DNA from: an uncultured virus (IMG/VR IMGVR_UViG_3300023703_000810)
Taxonomy: Duplodnaviria; Heunggongvirae; Uroviricota; Caudoviricetes
Reading direction: 5' to 3' (one strand)
Virus record (IMG/VR): IMGVR_UViG_3300023703_000810
DNA: 59,919 nucleotides
Of this stretch, positions 59,803-59,919 are shown in pieces. Positions within the stretch are counted from its first letter, which is position 1. Each line of letters begins with the position of its first letter. The translations under genes were made by a program, and so were the position numbers. The notes under the pieces are model-generated. The model worked only from the letters and a program-made list of their open reading frames with translations, was not told the origin of the DNA and did not search any database.

Positions 59803-59919
59803 ATGAACACTTTTGTTAATGCCGTTGTTAATCAAGAAGCCCGTACTGAAAATGGTATGCGTGCTCGTAAGTCCACTGCCAATGCTCTTGTAGACCTGTT
59901 CTTCAAAGCTGGCGCATCA
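59803..59919 (+). CDS. 5' fragment of a DUF2828-like protein (truncated by window)
   Basis: MNTFVNAVVNQEARTENGMRARKSTANALVDLFFKAGAS; TENG...ST...VDLFF..GA is the N-terminus I associate with DUF2828. Confidence 0.6.
   Translation, partial: MNTFVNAVVNQEARTENGMRARKSTANALVDLFFKAGAS

Overview
A ~60 kb segment of a large T4-like (Tevenvirinae-type) dsDNA phage genome, mostly + strand. It has sigma70-type early promoters and T4-like late promoters, consensus (C/A)TAAATA. 1-23 kb: replication genes (gp62, regA, gp30 ligase, gp43, uvsX, gp41) with Hsp20, accessory modification enzymes and antisense homing-endonuclease-like genes, then a candidate DNA-hypermodification operon (TET/JBP dioxygenase, class II amidotransferase, GNAT, aGPT-PPlase/amino-acid:DNA transferase, P-loop kinase). 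23-34 kb: late genes, including proteins with capsid-targeting-like N-termini, Dps and Rz/Rz1 spanins. 34-49 kb: primase, ThyX, NrdAB, RNase H, DsbA, dCMP deaminase and a small ArfA-like ORF. 49-60 kb: an array of 35 tRNA genes covering all 20 amino acids, including an amber suppressor, two unusual A34 tRNAs and one pseudo-tRNA. The three most striking unannotated signals are in this RNA region. (1) A 43-codon leader ORF uses all 20 amino acids and 33 different codons in its first 37, and overlaps a terminator/antiterminator switch upstream of the array. (2) Eight ncRNAs share a covarying closing helix; some carry anticodon loops or a circularly permuted tRNA like YrlA Y RNAs, and the family ends next to a DUF2828-like gene. 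(3) A late-promoter amber suppressor tRNA is followed by an MKDFRL-amber-IRPP-stop minigene placed so that it could unmask the RBS of the next gene. All calls are by eye; no database searches or folding programs were run.
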